A DNA stretch of 64,000 nt from Octopus sinensis (taxonomy: Eukaryota): assembly GCF_006345805.1 (NCBI RefSeq), contig NW_021836129.1, positions 186,001 to 250,000 of the forward strand, written 5' to 3'. The translations under genes and the position numbers were made by a program. The notes below the pieces were generated by a model. The model was not told the DNA's origin. It was given only the letters and a program-made list of their open reading frames with translations, and did not search any database. Numbering within the stretch: position 1 is the stretch's first letter; the number at the start of each line of letters is the position of its first letter. Shown piece by piece: positions 27,520-39,890 of the stretch.

Positions 27520-27920
27520 GACATGCGATGCGACATTGTGACCTTACTCATGTGCGAGTTCAACAAATTATTGAATATTTGAGGAACGGAACATATCTCG
27601 ATTCTTGTTCTCAATCGAAAAGAAATTTTCGGAAGACCGCCAGACGATTTAAATTAAAACGATTTGAATCGTCAGAAATTTTATACTTCGTGCTGCACTT
27701 GGAGTGTTATTGCGTGTTTTTTCTTCGTGTGAAATGAATGAAAAAATGCAATTCATCAATGAAGTACACGAATCAAATGGGCATCCCGGGCGTGATAGAC
27801 TAATGGGTCTATTAAAAGAAATTGTTTATGGAGTTAACAGATCTGATGTTATGAGGGTTTTGGACTCTTGTCCGGTATGCAAGGCAAAAAATTTAATGAA
27901 CCGAACTTTGTGAGTAAAAT
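27520..27920 (+). mobile_element. Ginger/Gypsy-type integrase zinc-binding (HHCC) fragment
   Basis: VHESNGHPGRDR...VLDSCPVCK, preceded by IIEYLRNGTY...KRNFRK. Confidence 0.65.
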
Positions 27921-29379
27921 CTTAACATTAGTCACGGACTTTTCAATTTTTTTTGCACCAGTCACATCGGAAAACAAATCAACCTCTCCTCAATTTTTAC
28001 CAATGTGGTGGACTCAGAAAAGACTATTTCTATAAAGAGCTGGTGTTAATCACGGAAACAAATAAATATAGTTACCTAGGACATATTCTAGGATCGCAAA
28101 CTGCTATAAAGAGCTTTATTGTATTAAATTTATAAGACTACTTGGAATATGATTCATTTGATCTCAAGCAGGCGAAAAAGCGGACAAGTCCGTATACACT
28201 TCTTCCTATCATTCAAGAAAAAAAGATGCTGTCATGGAGTCAGAAGAAGCCACAATTCACGTACAAATTATCTAAAAACAGTTTTGAAATTTGCAAAAAC
28301 ATTGCAGCCTCTGAATTGACCAAAACAAAGTCAAAATATTCACATTAACCAATCAAAAAAGGATCGGGAAAATTTTAGGCGAGGACTCGTAAAGCTTATA
28401 ATGTTTTCCTTGTACAACAAATATTAGAAAAAATGAAATACAAAACCAACAAGACCTATCTTTCAGAGAAATTGATACATTGTTAGTCTAAATTGCACAA
28501 CTTAAGAAATACTACTACATAAACAACGGGATCAAACTCAGCACGTCGCATCACTGGACAGACAAGTTCTGAACAGCGCACACCGAAGTGACATTGCCGT
28601 TATTCCCAAGCTATAGGAAGCCGACTTTAAAAAAATCGAAAAAATGTGAACAGAATTATCAATATAACCAACACTTGTTTCATCAAACTGCCATGCCAGT
28701 AAAAAGGGTCATACGGGTGTAGACACTAATTGGATTATTGTACTAGCAATCTGAGGTTCATCGGCACAAAAGGACTTAATAGACCAATCGAACTAAAAGA
28801 CTTTTACAAACATTGTCTCCAGAGCATCGAGTGCGTCAAGGACACACTGCTCAAAAAGTATTGCATGTCATTCTACCAAGTGGCTCTTTCAAGTTCAGAA
28901 CATTTTTCTCGAAGGAAATAAGAAACGTCAGCTTCCTTCGGGCAAGACAAAAGCAAGATTGAGTTCGTTTTTTTAACTCATCTGCCATACTAATGAGCAA
29001 TCTTCTCGAAGAAATGCTAATCCAGAGTTTGGAGAGTTATTCAAAGATGATATTAACGCCCGAAGTAGACGGCAGTTCCCATATTACTTGAATCCGGCCG
29101 TAATGGACAAAATAGTAACAGCTCATACGAACTCAATAAAATGCAAATTGGAAAGTGAAATAGAGGGGCTCGTTTTTTACTGTAATTTCTAAGATTAATA
29201 CTTTTATTTGATCTCATCGCAAGTAAGGCACTTAACTAATTGTAGGCTGAGGAGATCAAACAAAACAATGCCCAGTCACCTCCATTCTTTAGAGTTGTGT
29301 ATAAATTGAGAAATACTACAATTTGCATAAGAAAATCACCTATGGGTTGGAAAGAATAAAACAGTTGACTCTTGAATCC

Positions 29380-32300
29380 CCACTTTGCAGAATCGGGTTG
29401 TTCGAGGTTCACAGTTCCGATGTCAGGAACTGGGCCGAGTTTTTGTACAAAAAAATTCTACAGAAGCTGTGTTTATCTCACTAGAAGGAATGCAGAGCGT
29501 ATGTGACGACAATTAATTGTAGTTTGTGCAAAAAATACGAAAAAATTGGGTACTTTTGTTGAAGTGGTCGCAGTTTTTTTAGAAGATAATTAAAATTAAT
29601 TAATTTTTTTAGTGAAAAATAGATTATTTAATTTATAACCCTCTATCAATAATTTAAATGGTTATTAAAATTATTTAAAAATTTATTTAACCAATTTAGT
29701 CATTTTTAGTACGCGGCATCCAAATTCCAGGACTGTAGAAGGAATTTATGTCTTTTACAATCTGTGCAAAACATTCCTTATAGTTCTGTATTTGTTTTCG
29801 CCACATAAATTCTGAAAAAATAACTAACTAAAAAAACCTGCGAAATAAGATCCCAGATGATGTCTTACAGCTCCTCTTTGAGCTTTATTCTTGCATTTTG
29901 CACTTCCCCACATTCGTTCTACTGTCTGGGTGTGCACTCCCGTCGTTGGATCCATGCACTGCATCCTCCTTACTTATTGGGAGCTGTCGGAATTTGATGT
30001 TGCATAAGTCCACAACAGAATTTTCCATGTGACCTATAGTGCCAGTTTATATCAATATTAGGTACATGCTCGCCATAATATTAAAAAAATTAGAAAATAA
30101 ATTAGTAAAAAATTTAATAATATTTTAAATTATTGATAGAGCGACTTAAATAAAATATAATATATTCCACCTCAAAAATTATTAGATTTTTTAAAAGGCC
30201 TAAAAAAACTGCGACCACTTCGACAAAAGTACCAAAAATTGGGAGAAAATACTGACTACTCCGGCGTCGACAGATGAACTGATGGAAATAATTCAGTTTG
30301 TCGACACGGTCAAAAACGAGACGGTCTTCTACCTGAAGGAACGAGTATGCCTTAAAAAAACAGACTTATCTTTTTGGTGGACTATGCCGTCCTGTCCCCT
30401 CAAGAGATTAAGCTCAACTCCAAGACCTTCCCCTGACATGACCGAATGAACGAGGTCTTCGAAAAGCATGAGGAAAGAGAATCCAGTATCAGGAATCCCT
30501 CAAGGTCATTCGCACGTGCAAATAATTCAGAACCGCAAACAAAAGTTCAGCCAAGACCTCGAATACTACAGGAGTCAGTTGGACGAGTTCAGACAATGCG
30601 GGGACCTGAGCGACGTCAAGAAGTACTTAAAGAAGGCGAAGATAATGGAAGAAAAACTGAACAATACGCAAACAATAGTTCCCTCACCAAACGACGCAGA
30701 TTGATCAAGTAAATGCGGAGGAAACGAAATACCCCCTCAGAAATGACGCACTTAACATTTTGACACTTTATCTTAATTTCTACCAACTTGCAACTGAATT
30801 CATGGAAAATAAAAAGTTTCTGCAGTATAATGAATCGACAGTACATGGAATAAGTGCAACCAAGATAATGTGGACAACGAGATCAAAAATAATATTCGGT
30901 CTCTCTACAAGTTCGAAAAGACGTTCGAAGATTCTCCGACCCCAAAATTGATGAGCATGCAAGTATCCTCAAGGTGTGACATTTCAAGGTCAAAAAAGAC
31001 GTGAAAGACTTCGGGGAGAATATTCCAGTGATTCAGACATTCTTCAACCCCGGAATAAGAGATCGCCATTGGAATCAGATTTCCGAGTTGATTGATTTCA
31101 CTGTGGATTCCAACGACTCGGAATTCAATCTCGATTACGTTATTTTGTTGGGCGTGGAAAACTTTATTGGTTAATTCGAATTCATATCTGAGGCAGCTGA
31201 AAGGGATTATTCCCTCAAGAAGGCAATTCAGAAGATGATTGGAGAATGGGCGGAGGTACTCGTTTAGTAAATCTACTCCCAGATTGAGTACACAATGATT
31301 CCCTACAGAGAGTCGGGTACGCACATTATATCCGCAATCGACGATTAGCTTGTCAAGACTCAAACCATGTGGGGATCTCCTTTAATCAAACCCTTCAAAC
31401 AACAAATCAAGTTTTTTTGTTTCGATAGTTCAGAGAATTGGAACACACCTTCATTCTTATTCAGGACATTCTCAACGAGTGGCTCAGTTTCCAGTCCACG
31501 TGGCTTTACTTGGAGCCCATTTTCAGTTCTCCCAACATTATGGCACAAATGCCCGAAGAATGAAGGTGTTTTCCGAGCGTGGATAAAACATAGCGGGATG
31601 TCATGAAGCAAGTTATAGCAGACGGACACTCTCGGTTGTCAAAATAAACAACATGCTCACCAACTAATAAAGTCGAACGAACTTTTGGAACTAATTTGAA
31701 AGTAGGCATGGCACTGATATTCAAGGGACTTAACGAATACTTGGAAACTTACTTTCCCCGCTTCTTCTTGTCAAACGACGAATTACTGGAAATTCTATCA
31801 GAACCAAAGACCTCACGAGGCAATGCGAATAATAACATTGGCAGAGTCCATCCCCACCTCAAAAAGTGTTTCGAGGAAATTGCTCGACTGGAATTCACTG
31901 ATACTCAGGACGTGACTCACATGTACAGTTCAGAGAACGAGAAAGTGGAACTCAATCAAACCATTTCTACAGCTAAAGCCAAGGGACAAATGGAAAAGTG
32001 GTTGCTTGAGTTAGAGACGGCAATGATTGTGTCGGTCAAGAAAGCAGTGGTGGAGTCGATTGGCTCATATTTGACGACTAATCGGATTTGTTGGGTTTTG
32101 GAGTGACGGGACAGACTTCAATGTATTATTGGACTTGTAAGGTGCACGAGGCTATCAGAGGAGGAGAGACTGTAATATTGTGGACTGACATATATAAGCC
32201 AATATCAAGCTATGATTATGTCGGATATCACGCCAGGGATGTCGTGAGCAGTCTTATTAACAAAAACGTCGATACAATTACGAATTAATACAAAATATGT

Positions 32301-32545
32301 TGCTCAAAGGACGAGAATGTGATGATTCGGATGATCAACTCATGTCTCAAATATGAATATGAATACCTCGGGAAAAGTGGTCACTGATTGGTGCTACAGA
32401 ACTCTCTTTGATGTACTCCAATTATACTTGGGGGAGAACCTGAAGGCCCTGCAGGGACTAGAAAGACCGAGACTGTCAAGGATATAGCAAAAGCAATCGC
32501 CAAACAGTTCAACTGCTCAGATAGTCTTGACTACACGCAAGTTTT
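29380..32545 (+). pseudogene. DNAH7: Axonemal inner-arm dynein heavy chain (DNAH7-like) pseudogene: tail, linker and AAA1 start
   Basis: [77 protein letters not shown]; P-loop mutated to [10 protein letters not shown] (32445-32474); many stops and frameshifts; 22-27 nt introns retained. DNAH7 versus DNAH3/12 is by-eye only. Confidence 0.9.
29549..30233 (-). mobile_element. Non-autonomous Merlin element inserted in the dynein pseudogene
   Basis: TIRs GGTACTTTTGT(T/C)GAAGTGGTCGCAG extended by longer imperfect inverted arms; 8-bp TSD AAAAATTG (29541-29548, 30234-30241); internal DPTTGVHTQTVERMW...RHHLGSY. Confidence 0.9.
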
Positions 32546-32619
32546 TAGTTCACCTTGACGAATCAGTTGTTGATAACCAGTCAATGTTGATGGTATGGTA
32601 TTACTTTTTATAAATACTT

Positions 32620-33730
32620 TTTATAGTCGATTAAGTCAACACTGGCAAGCGGAGCTGATGAAATCCCAAATAATTCTTTTAAAGAATCTTGGAATTTACA
32701 ATCATTCTATCAACAAAAACAGTATTTATTTTCTGTAAAAAATAGCCCATCTACGCCAAATTCTCAAACCGGGAAAATCGAAAAAGTAACCGAGTTCCTA
32801 CAGACCAGTTGGCCTACTCTGCTCCATGTCGAAAGTACTGGAAAACTTGTTTTCTCGGAATAATAAGGGCTATCTGACAAGCCCTTCCAACACGGATTTA
32901 AAGAAGGAAGATTTACTCTGACACATTTATCCAATTTGACTAGTTTTATCCAGGAAGGATTCTCACAAAATTTCGGTCTCTAAAATACAGTTCTCTGTAA
33001 TATTGACGTAAAAAAGCTCTCGATTCAGTGTCGAGAAAAATTCCAAAAGTCCCAGCCAATCTTAAACCGTAGATATCAAAATTCTCAGTAATTGAAGAGG
33101 ACAATAGAGTTTAAAATCACGGGTCTTCAATCTTTTTACTACCGACCTGCCTCTGCCAGATAACGAAAATTATATTTTGATTTCCTAAAGATCGAGACAT
33201 TCTGGCTGCTTCGTCAAGGCTAAGACAAAACTTGAATATATTACATAACTGGATCACTGCTAACTCCCTATCAACTTGCCCAGAAAAGTCAGAGACCTCC
33301 TTCTCCACCTCAGACAAAAGATTTGGGAAGAACTCAGCTGTTCTTACCCTCGACAAACACGAAATTCCGTTTTGCTCAAAGACAACCAAAGGTCGGTTCT
33401 TCTCTCCACACGTGGACAACGTCTTAACAGAATTCGAAAGGAAGACCAACGTATTAAAGTGTTTCTCTGGATTTTGGAAATTTGGAAAGCATCCAGTATT
33501 TGGATGTCTATACAATCCGTACATCGTGCCTTGTTTCTTAAACAGAAGATTGAGGCGAGCCTGAAAAGAGCGTTGGACAAAGGCAAGCTTTTTACTCTTG
33601 CGAGCATGAAGGACCTCTTGATGCTATTTGGACAATCAGATGAAGAAACGAAGACAAGACCCACACTACACTACGTCTTCTTGTTCGTGTAGAAAATGTT
33701 ACTTTGCATCTTTCGTGTAGAAAATGTTAA
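32620..33730 (+). mobile_element. Decayed APE-LINE RT truncating the dynein pseudogene
   Basis: GADEIP, PILKPGK, SYRPVGLL.SMSKVLE and FFSPHVDN; same family as 13721..14575. Confidence 0.8.
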
Positions 33731-34586
33731 TAATTGAATGCATATATCCAAATTTTAATCAAAGTTATCAATAAAACTAAAGGAAACAACATTTTTCTGA
33801 ATACTCCACTAATCAAAATAAAGATTCTTTTAGTTTACTTTTACATTCCGAAATAAGCTGGTTATCCAAGGGAAATTGTTAAAAATATAATTAAAATAAT
33901 TAATGATATTAATTGGAAAATAAACAAGTTAAATCATTTTAAATAACTAAAGACTTCTTGAGAGGCCTTGGAGAGTATATTAATTAATATACCAGACGAT
34001 CCACACAAGCCCGAAAATCGTTTGTTTCTTGTTGACAGGTCTCAGATGTTTTTACTTTGGAAGAACACGGTTAATGCAGTTTTCTAGTTCTGTTCGAAAG
34101 CCAAGGCACTGAGAGGATTCTCTGTACTTTTCCCTAAGCATTTGAAAGGGTCCTAACGATGCTTAATTCTATAAAAGTTTACTTTTAGTTCTTCGTCCCC
34201 CTACATTATATCATTAAATAGGTACCATAAGAAAAACTAACACGAATATATAATTTATTTAAAATAATATTCAATTATAAAAATAATTGGATTAAATATA
34301 TTTTAAAATAGTTCATTTTTAATAAATAATATGTGATTAATTTTAGATTTCCAGTCGTCCACAAGATTTCAAATCTGATTATATATAATAATAAAATTGA
34401 AGTAAAAATATAAAAAATTAAATTTTTATTAATGAAATTTTATAATATTCAAAAATATAAATAAATAATCAAATTAATTTAAATATCTCGTTGTGGGTTA
34501 TTGTGGTCACTAAACCAATTAAGAAATTAAAGTGATCTATATATATTTATATTTAAAATTAATCTTCAAAGTTTTATATTAAATAA

Positions 34587-35656
34587 ATGCAAAACTACAC
34601 ACGAAATTCTCAACTAGAAAATCTTTTAACATACATTAAAACAGAAACCGAACAATCTCTCCAACATGTAACCAAATTTGTCATTTCTATAGGAAAACAT
34701 GGGCTTTCTTAAAGCTGATGCATCACTGGTCAAATTCGAAAGAAATAAAATAAAAAATGCAGCAAAAAAATATTTTTCTCTCAACATTGGGCACTTTTTG
34801 GACGATTCCGAATCCGACAAAATCCTGGCATTTTTTAAAAAATAAATCCTAGTCATGTAATATAAGTAAAAAATCGGAAAGATTGTCCAATTCTGAGCTT
34901 TGTCGACTTTTTATCGTCACTAATCGACATATGGAATTGTCTCCAAATAGAAACGAAACTACGTGTTATGGATGCTCCACATCAGCATACAATTGTATTT
35001 AAATATTTATTGAATAATTATTAAATTATTTTTAAATATTTAAATAAATAATTAATAAATTAAAAATATTTTTAGCATCTTTGTTAACCTTCTGTAACTA
35101 CAGCTACAAGTATTTTTGTTCCATGTGCCATCAAGGACATGAAAGCATAATTCCCGCCAAAGTCATTTCCCAATGCAATTTCAAAAAATTCCCAGTTTGC
35201 ATTGTGGCCTACAAATACCTATCACAAGCCCTCCATTCCGACCTAATCACCCTCGACCATATCCCACCCCCCACACTCAAAATATTAAAACTGGAGACCG
35301 CGGAATATACCCGCTTTAACCTCTCAAACATCGGTGATGTCATCAGGGGATGTCCAAAATCCGAAAAAGTGCCATTTCACGTGTCTTTGACCCCCCGGGA
35401 GACGTGGAATAAATTTTCGATAGAATATATGCGACATATATATGAGGAGAAACTGTTAAGTAAGTATAGAGTAATATTGGAGAAGTATTGTGGGCATGTT
35501 AGGGAGTGTTTGGTATGTTTGTGGAGTGAATTGTAGCATTGTTGTACTGTCAATATTATGTGTTATTACTGCAGGAATTTGACGCTTAAATATCCTTATA
35601 GTGTTAAGGATTGTTCGGGTTTTATTTTTTTATTATATTTAGTTTGTTCCCTGTAG
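34587..35656 (+). CDS. Small Rubicon-homology (DUF4206; RUBCN/PLEKHM1/DEF8-type) domain protein; 3' end uncertain
   Basis: CYGC, FCNYSYKYFCSMCH, IIPAKV...NFKKFPV, HVRECLHC...CYYC; introns 34668-34692, 34828-34852 (GC-AG), 34995-35075, 35513-35536 and probably 35619-35642. Confidence 0.75.
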
Positions 35657-36849
35657 TTTTATTTTGTGGTGTGATATTTTGGTGTGCATTATTTTTAATA
35701 AATTTTTGTTGTTTTATAAGAAATTTGGGATTGTATATATTGTGGATATATTTTTAAAATAGTAAATTTTGTTAATATTTTTAATGTATTGTTGTTATTT
35801 TTTTGTTACTTACTTTGTAATTAGCACAACATGTTACTTGTAATAAAGTATGGACGGCTGCACATTTAATATATATTGGTTGACTTTCACTGCTCACCAA
35901 AACAAGAAAATCCTATGATTTTGGACGACATGGGTTTTCTCAATTTTATTGAGGGCATCGAAATTGAAGAGTTTGAAATATACAAACCAAACATTACTTT
36001 TGTCGACGATACTCATTTCAATAAGATTTAAAAAAATATATCAAATGTATTTGTGGAATTACCCTGTGCAGCAAACTAGACTAATTATGGATGTTTTACT
36101 TTTGGCTATTTTTGTGAGGCTTTTTCTTCTAAACAAAGTCAATCTCTACCAAACAGTCGAAGGGGTCTCTTCTCAGTCGATGGAATTGTCCGTGGTATCC
36201 AATCAACATTTGGGATGTGCGAAAATAATTTTCAATCGTGTCATAAATAAACAAAATTATGTAATTTGATTATTTATTTCAAAATAAATCCAACTTGTGT
36301 ATACTACTCGACCATCGATATAAAATGGATTTCGAAAGGACAGACTCAAGTGTACTTTTTGTCATTTAACAAGTTTCGCTGTTTTATTTGCAATTTTTTT
36401 GATTTATTTTGATTTCATTTTTAATTTTTTCATATGAGCTAAAGTAATGTGGTCAACATTTGTTTCCAGGCTCTACCTCAAGTCCTCTTTCCAAATAATT
36501 TTGCTCAAACTTGAAATTTCAATTTTGTTGCTATTTTGGTCTTTCTTTCAGGGGTTTATTACCAGAAAGAAAAAATTCGGTGGGAGTGTACGACTATGGG
36601 TGCTGTTCTGCACCCCGCATCCTGACTCAGTTGTTGTGAATGCTCACTGAAGTTTATATTCATTATATAAGTTCTGCAAAGTTCCTGTACGAATGATCGA
36701 CAATTTTTTGTTCAAATAGAATAAAGTATATGATCTTCATCCGCATTGCTTGTTCAAAAGAGTGTAAAATTGTTTTTATTCGCAAAATCATGTATTTATT
36801 AGTCTTGTAATTAGTAAATATCTGTTTTACAGACAATTCGTTTTTAATA

Positions 36850-39450
36850 TCATTCCTTTTTATTTGCCCGTTTTAGGTTTGATTTATATTTTCTTATTGA
36901 AGTAATGAGCAAAACATCATTTTCATTTTAAGCATTACAGTAAAGTTCCATTTCTATTCCAATTAATCTTTTTGCAATGTCTTTTGTATCATGCGGATAT
37001 ATGATTTTTGTATCTTCGTCGCTACCTTCAGGATCTTGATCCTCTTATAAACAAATTTCGTGTATATCTTGGTCTCTTCTGTATTCGATATCAAAAAAGT
37101 CACTAAAGGATCGAAAATATCTCTTTGTTGAATTTCAGTATCATAGCGTTCAATTATTAAATTTCCGTAAATCGATTCATTTAAAATTTCGAAACAATTT
37201 TGAATCGTTTCAGTAGATACGTCATTTTAAACCATATTACAAAACAAAATTGCATCTTTTAATGTTAATTTTTTGTATAAATTGTATACAGAAACATTTT
37301 CAGTTTCGAGCAAATCAGTTAAGTATTGTAGCTTTTTTCTCATTTTTTATAAATTATATGAATAAAAATTAACTAATTGAGATATGAATTAATTAAACTT
37401 CTTCTGGTCACTCCATCCTCTATCCGCAAAGTGATTCAGATAGGCAGCCCTCCTTTTCCCTTCGAGGTACTGACAGGCAAAGGTGAAGTTGAAGACATAC
37501 TAATTTGGTGATAAATTGAGCGTTCTTTCCTATGTTTCAACTCTGTTTCTAAAAGAAACAATCATACTCTCAAGAGATTTCTTTATAGTGTGATTGAATG
37601 TATGCGTGCGTTCTCTCACTGATGTTAAGTGAACGTGCATATTGTAGAAATTTTTGAGTAACCAACCCATCCCATGTTAATACAATGGGTACTATCTTCA
37701 CTTTCGCATGATATATTAATTCTAGCTCTTTGGATAGGAAATAATATTTTCTTATTTTTCCGATCTCCACTTGCTGTAAGTTTTGGGAAGATGTTATCCC
37801 AACTTCCACCAACAAAATTTTATTCTTTATCTTGTCGAAAACAAACAAATCGGACTTGTTATGTTCCACGACGATGTCGGTCTTTATAAATATGTTCACT
37901 CTGATTTCAACCCTCTCATTCGACGATACAGATTCTACCGAGTGTGTTTTAAGCTTTTTATCATTCTTGAGTTCAAACTTTCGACAAAAATGAAAGTGGA
38001 AAAATTTAATAATTGTAGAAATATATTTTTTTATTATTGATGTTTTTGTTCTGAATTGATTATGTCTATTATTTAGTCGCACTTTATTTTTTTATGTAAA
38101 TGGATTTAAAGGATTAATTTGTGATGTAATTTTTTTAATGATTAAATTATTTGAAAATTCATCATTTTGTGATATTTTTTGAGTTTATTCCAATAATTTG
38201 TTTTTTTTTATATAATTTAAAATTTCTTACCAATGTTATTTTATTTGTCATCCTTATTGTCATCCAGAGTGTCAGAACATTTAACAAGAGGATAAAGTCT
38301 AAATATTTATCAAATTATGATATTTGGATTTGAAATTATTTTTAACAAGGAAACAAGTAACTAATAAATATGAATGCAGCATTATTACAGAGGTCATGGT
38401 TCTTATCCTCGTTCCAGTTGTTTTTGGTTGGGAAAATACAAAAATAGAAATATCGAAACGGTACTTGACAATTGTGCTGCGCATCCAAAAGATGTCTGAG
38501 ATTTATAAAAATGCGTGATGCCATTCCTGCATTCTATAATTCTACTGAAATTGACGTGGTAATTTTTGACAACATGTTAACTGGAAGTGTTTTGATTCCT
38601 TTGAAGGAGCTAGGATTTCTTCTTTTCCTAATAACTATCAATGTGTGTTGTCAGAACCTGTCATGATTCAGGATATCATTACAGTTATTCTATCCTTCAT
38701 TTTTTTACTTCCAATCGGCATTTCATTGTTAAATGCTAATGTCCAATCGGGTAGACCTTGGAATAATAATTTTTTCTGATGTATAATTTTTTAACAAATT
38801 TTTAAATCTACATTGACACCAGAATTCAGTAGCGTCTATATCTGAATCTTTTTTCTCATCATAAATGCGTTTAAATGATGTGTCGTTTCTTTCTTTTCAA
38901 AACTGAAGCCAGCCTGAAATAGAAATAAAGTCATTCATTTTCATAGTTTTAGCAAATCTAGTACCTTTGTAAGTTAGAATGTGACTATTTATTGGTACAT
39001 TTTGGGTCTTGGTTTGAAAAAAAGAGACGGACAATGCAGTTTCTACGTTTTTTGCGACTCGAAATGCTGCAATTAAATCCAGCCAATAACATAATTTCTT
39101 CTCTAATCTTAAATATCAGTGAATCTTGAATCTTACAAATAAAGCTAACTGAGTTTGATTTCCTTAAATAAACAAATTGAATATTTCCAATTTCTGAGAA
39201 AGTGTAAAATGACATGTGTAAGATGACATGTGTAATAATAATTAAATTTTAAAATTATAAATTATCATTATGCGAAAATAGTAATTGCTCGTGATGAAAG
39301 TATTCAATTAACCGATATGCAATTAACCTACATATTTTAAATGGAAATCATATAAATTATGGTTTTAAACATAAATAGATGGAATTAACCGATTGTTCAA
39401 AGATTATTTTAATAATCACTTTTGTTATTTTGTTAGACATAATGAATTGA
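36850..39450 (-). mobile_element. Decayed pogo/Tigger transposon interrupted by an R4-like fragment
   Basis: GSKKMKDRITVM...MTGSD, PKTTG..RTM and VSTETIQNCF DDE_1-like motifs on both sides of the 37.4-38.1 kb insert. Confidence 0.6.
37400..38090 (-). mobile_element. 3' fragment of an R4/Dong-like element (restriction-like endonuclease domain)
   Basis: ORF 37570..38082 has KTDIVVEHNKSDLFVFDK...LVEVGITS...KIRKY...IVPIVLTWDG. Confidence 0.8.
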
Positions 39451-39890
39451 AATACGCAACAACCTCTCAGCGCAGGATTTGTAGGAAATATCGAATATTG
39501 CTTGACAGTAATCTGCTTCCATTGAAAAGCAAGGTCATAATTTTATAGCGGCAACGTCCGATGTGCTGAATCTGTGTTAAAATCTTTTCTTAGGAACGGA
39601 ATGACCACTCTCTATACAGTTTTCATTATTTTTCCATTTCTTTCGTTTTTAATTTTTCCGCTGCTTTGTAACATGTTTTCTTTTATCTGGGGTTTAAACG
39701 CAATAAGATTATATACATGATCGCCATCTATTTTTTCAGGATACTGATACCCATTAAGAAGTAGACAAGGAGGTTTTAATGGTGTATCGTAAATGATCGT
39801 ATTATATCTGAATACCATTGTCCCAAGAAATGCCAGATATTTTTCAAATGTTCTCTCAGATGCAATTGTTGAAGACAATTTTGTTATAGA
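37745..39890 (+). repeat. Segmental duplication, copy 1 (copy 2 at 62328..64000)
   Basis: Colinear, high-identity direct match that includes the R4/pogo junction; paired ORFs 38472/62871, 38985/63383, 39612/63648. Confidence 0.92.

Noticed and set aside
30905-31629. Long minus-strand ORFs (152 aa and 89 aa)
   Set aside because: Antisense shadows of the plus-strand dynein pseudogene. The same applies to shadows over the LINE, CNG, NFAT5 and HSPBAP1 loci.
29380-34850. TAA/TAG at Gln-like positions suggesting stop-codon reassignment
   Set aside because: Intact genes end in TAA or TGA and have no internal stops once spliced; the dynein stops also replace Trp and Gly, as expected from random decay.
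35850-36030. ~60-codon acidic ORF (MDGCTFNILVDFHCSP...)
   Set aside because: Short, no motif or splice support; cannot be told apart from a TE remnant.
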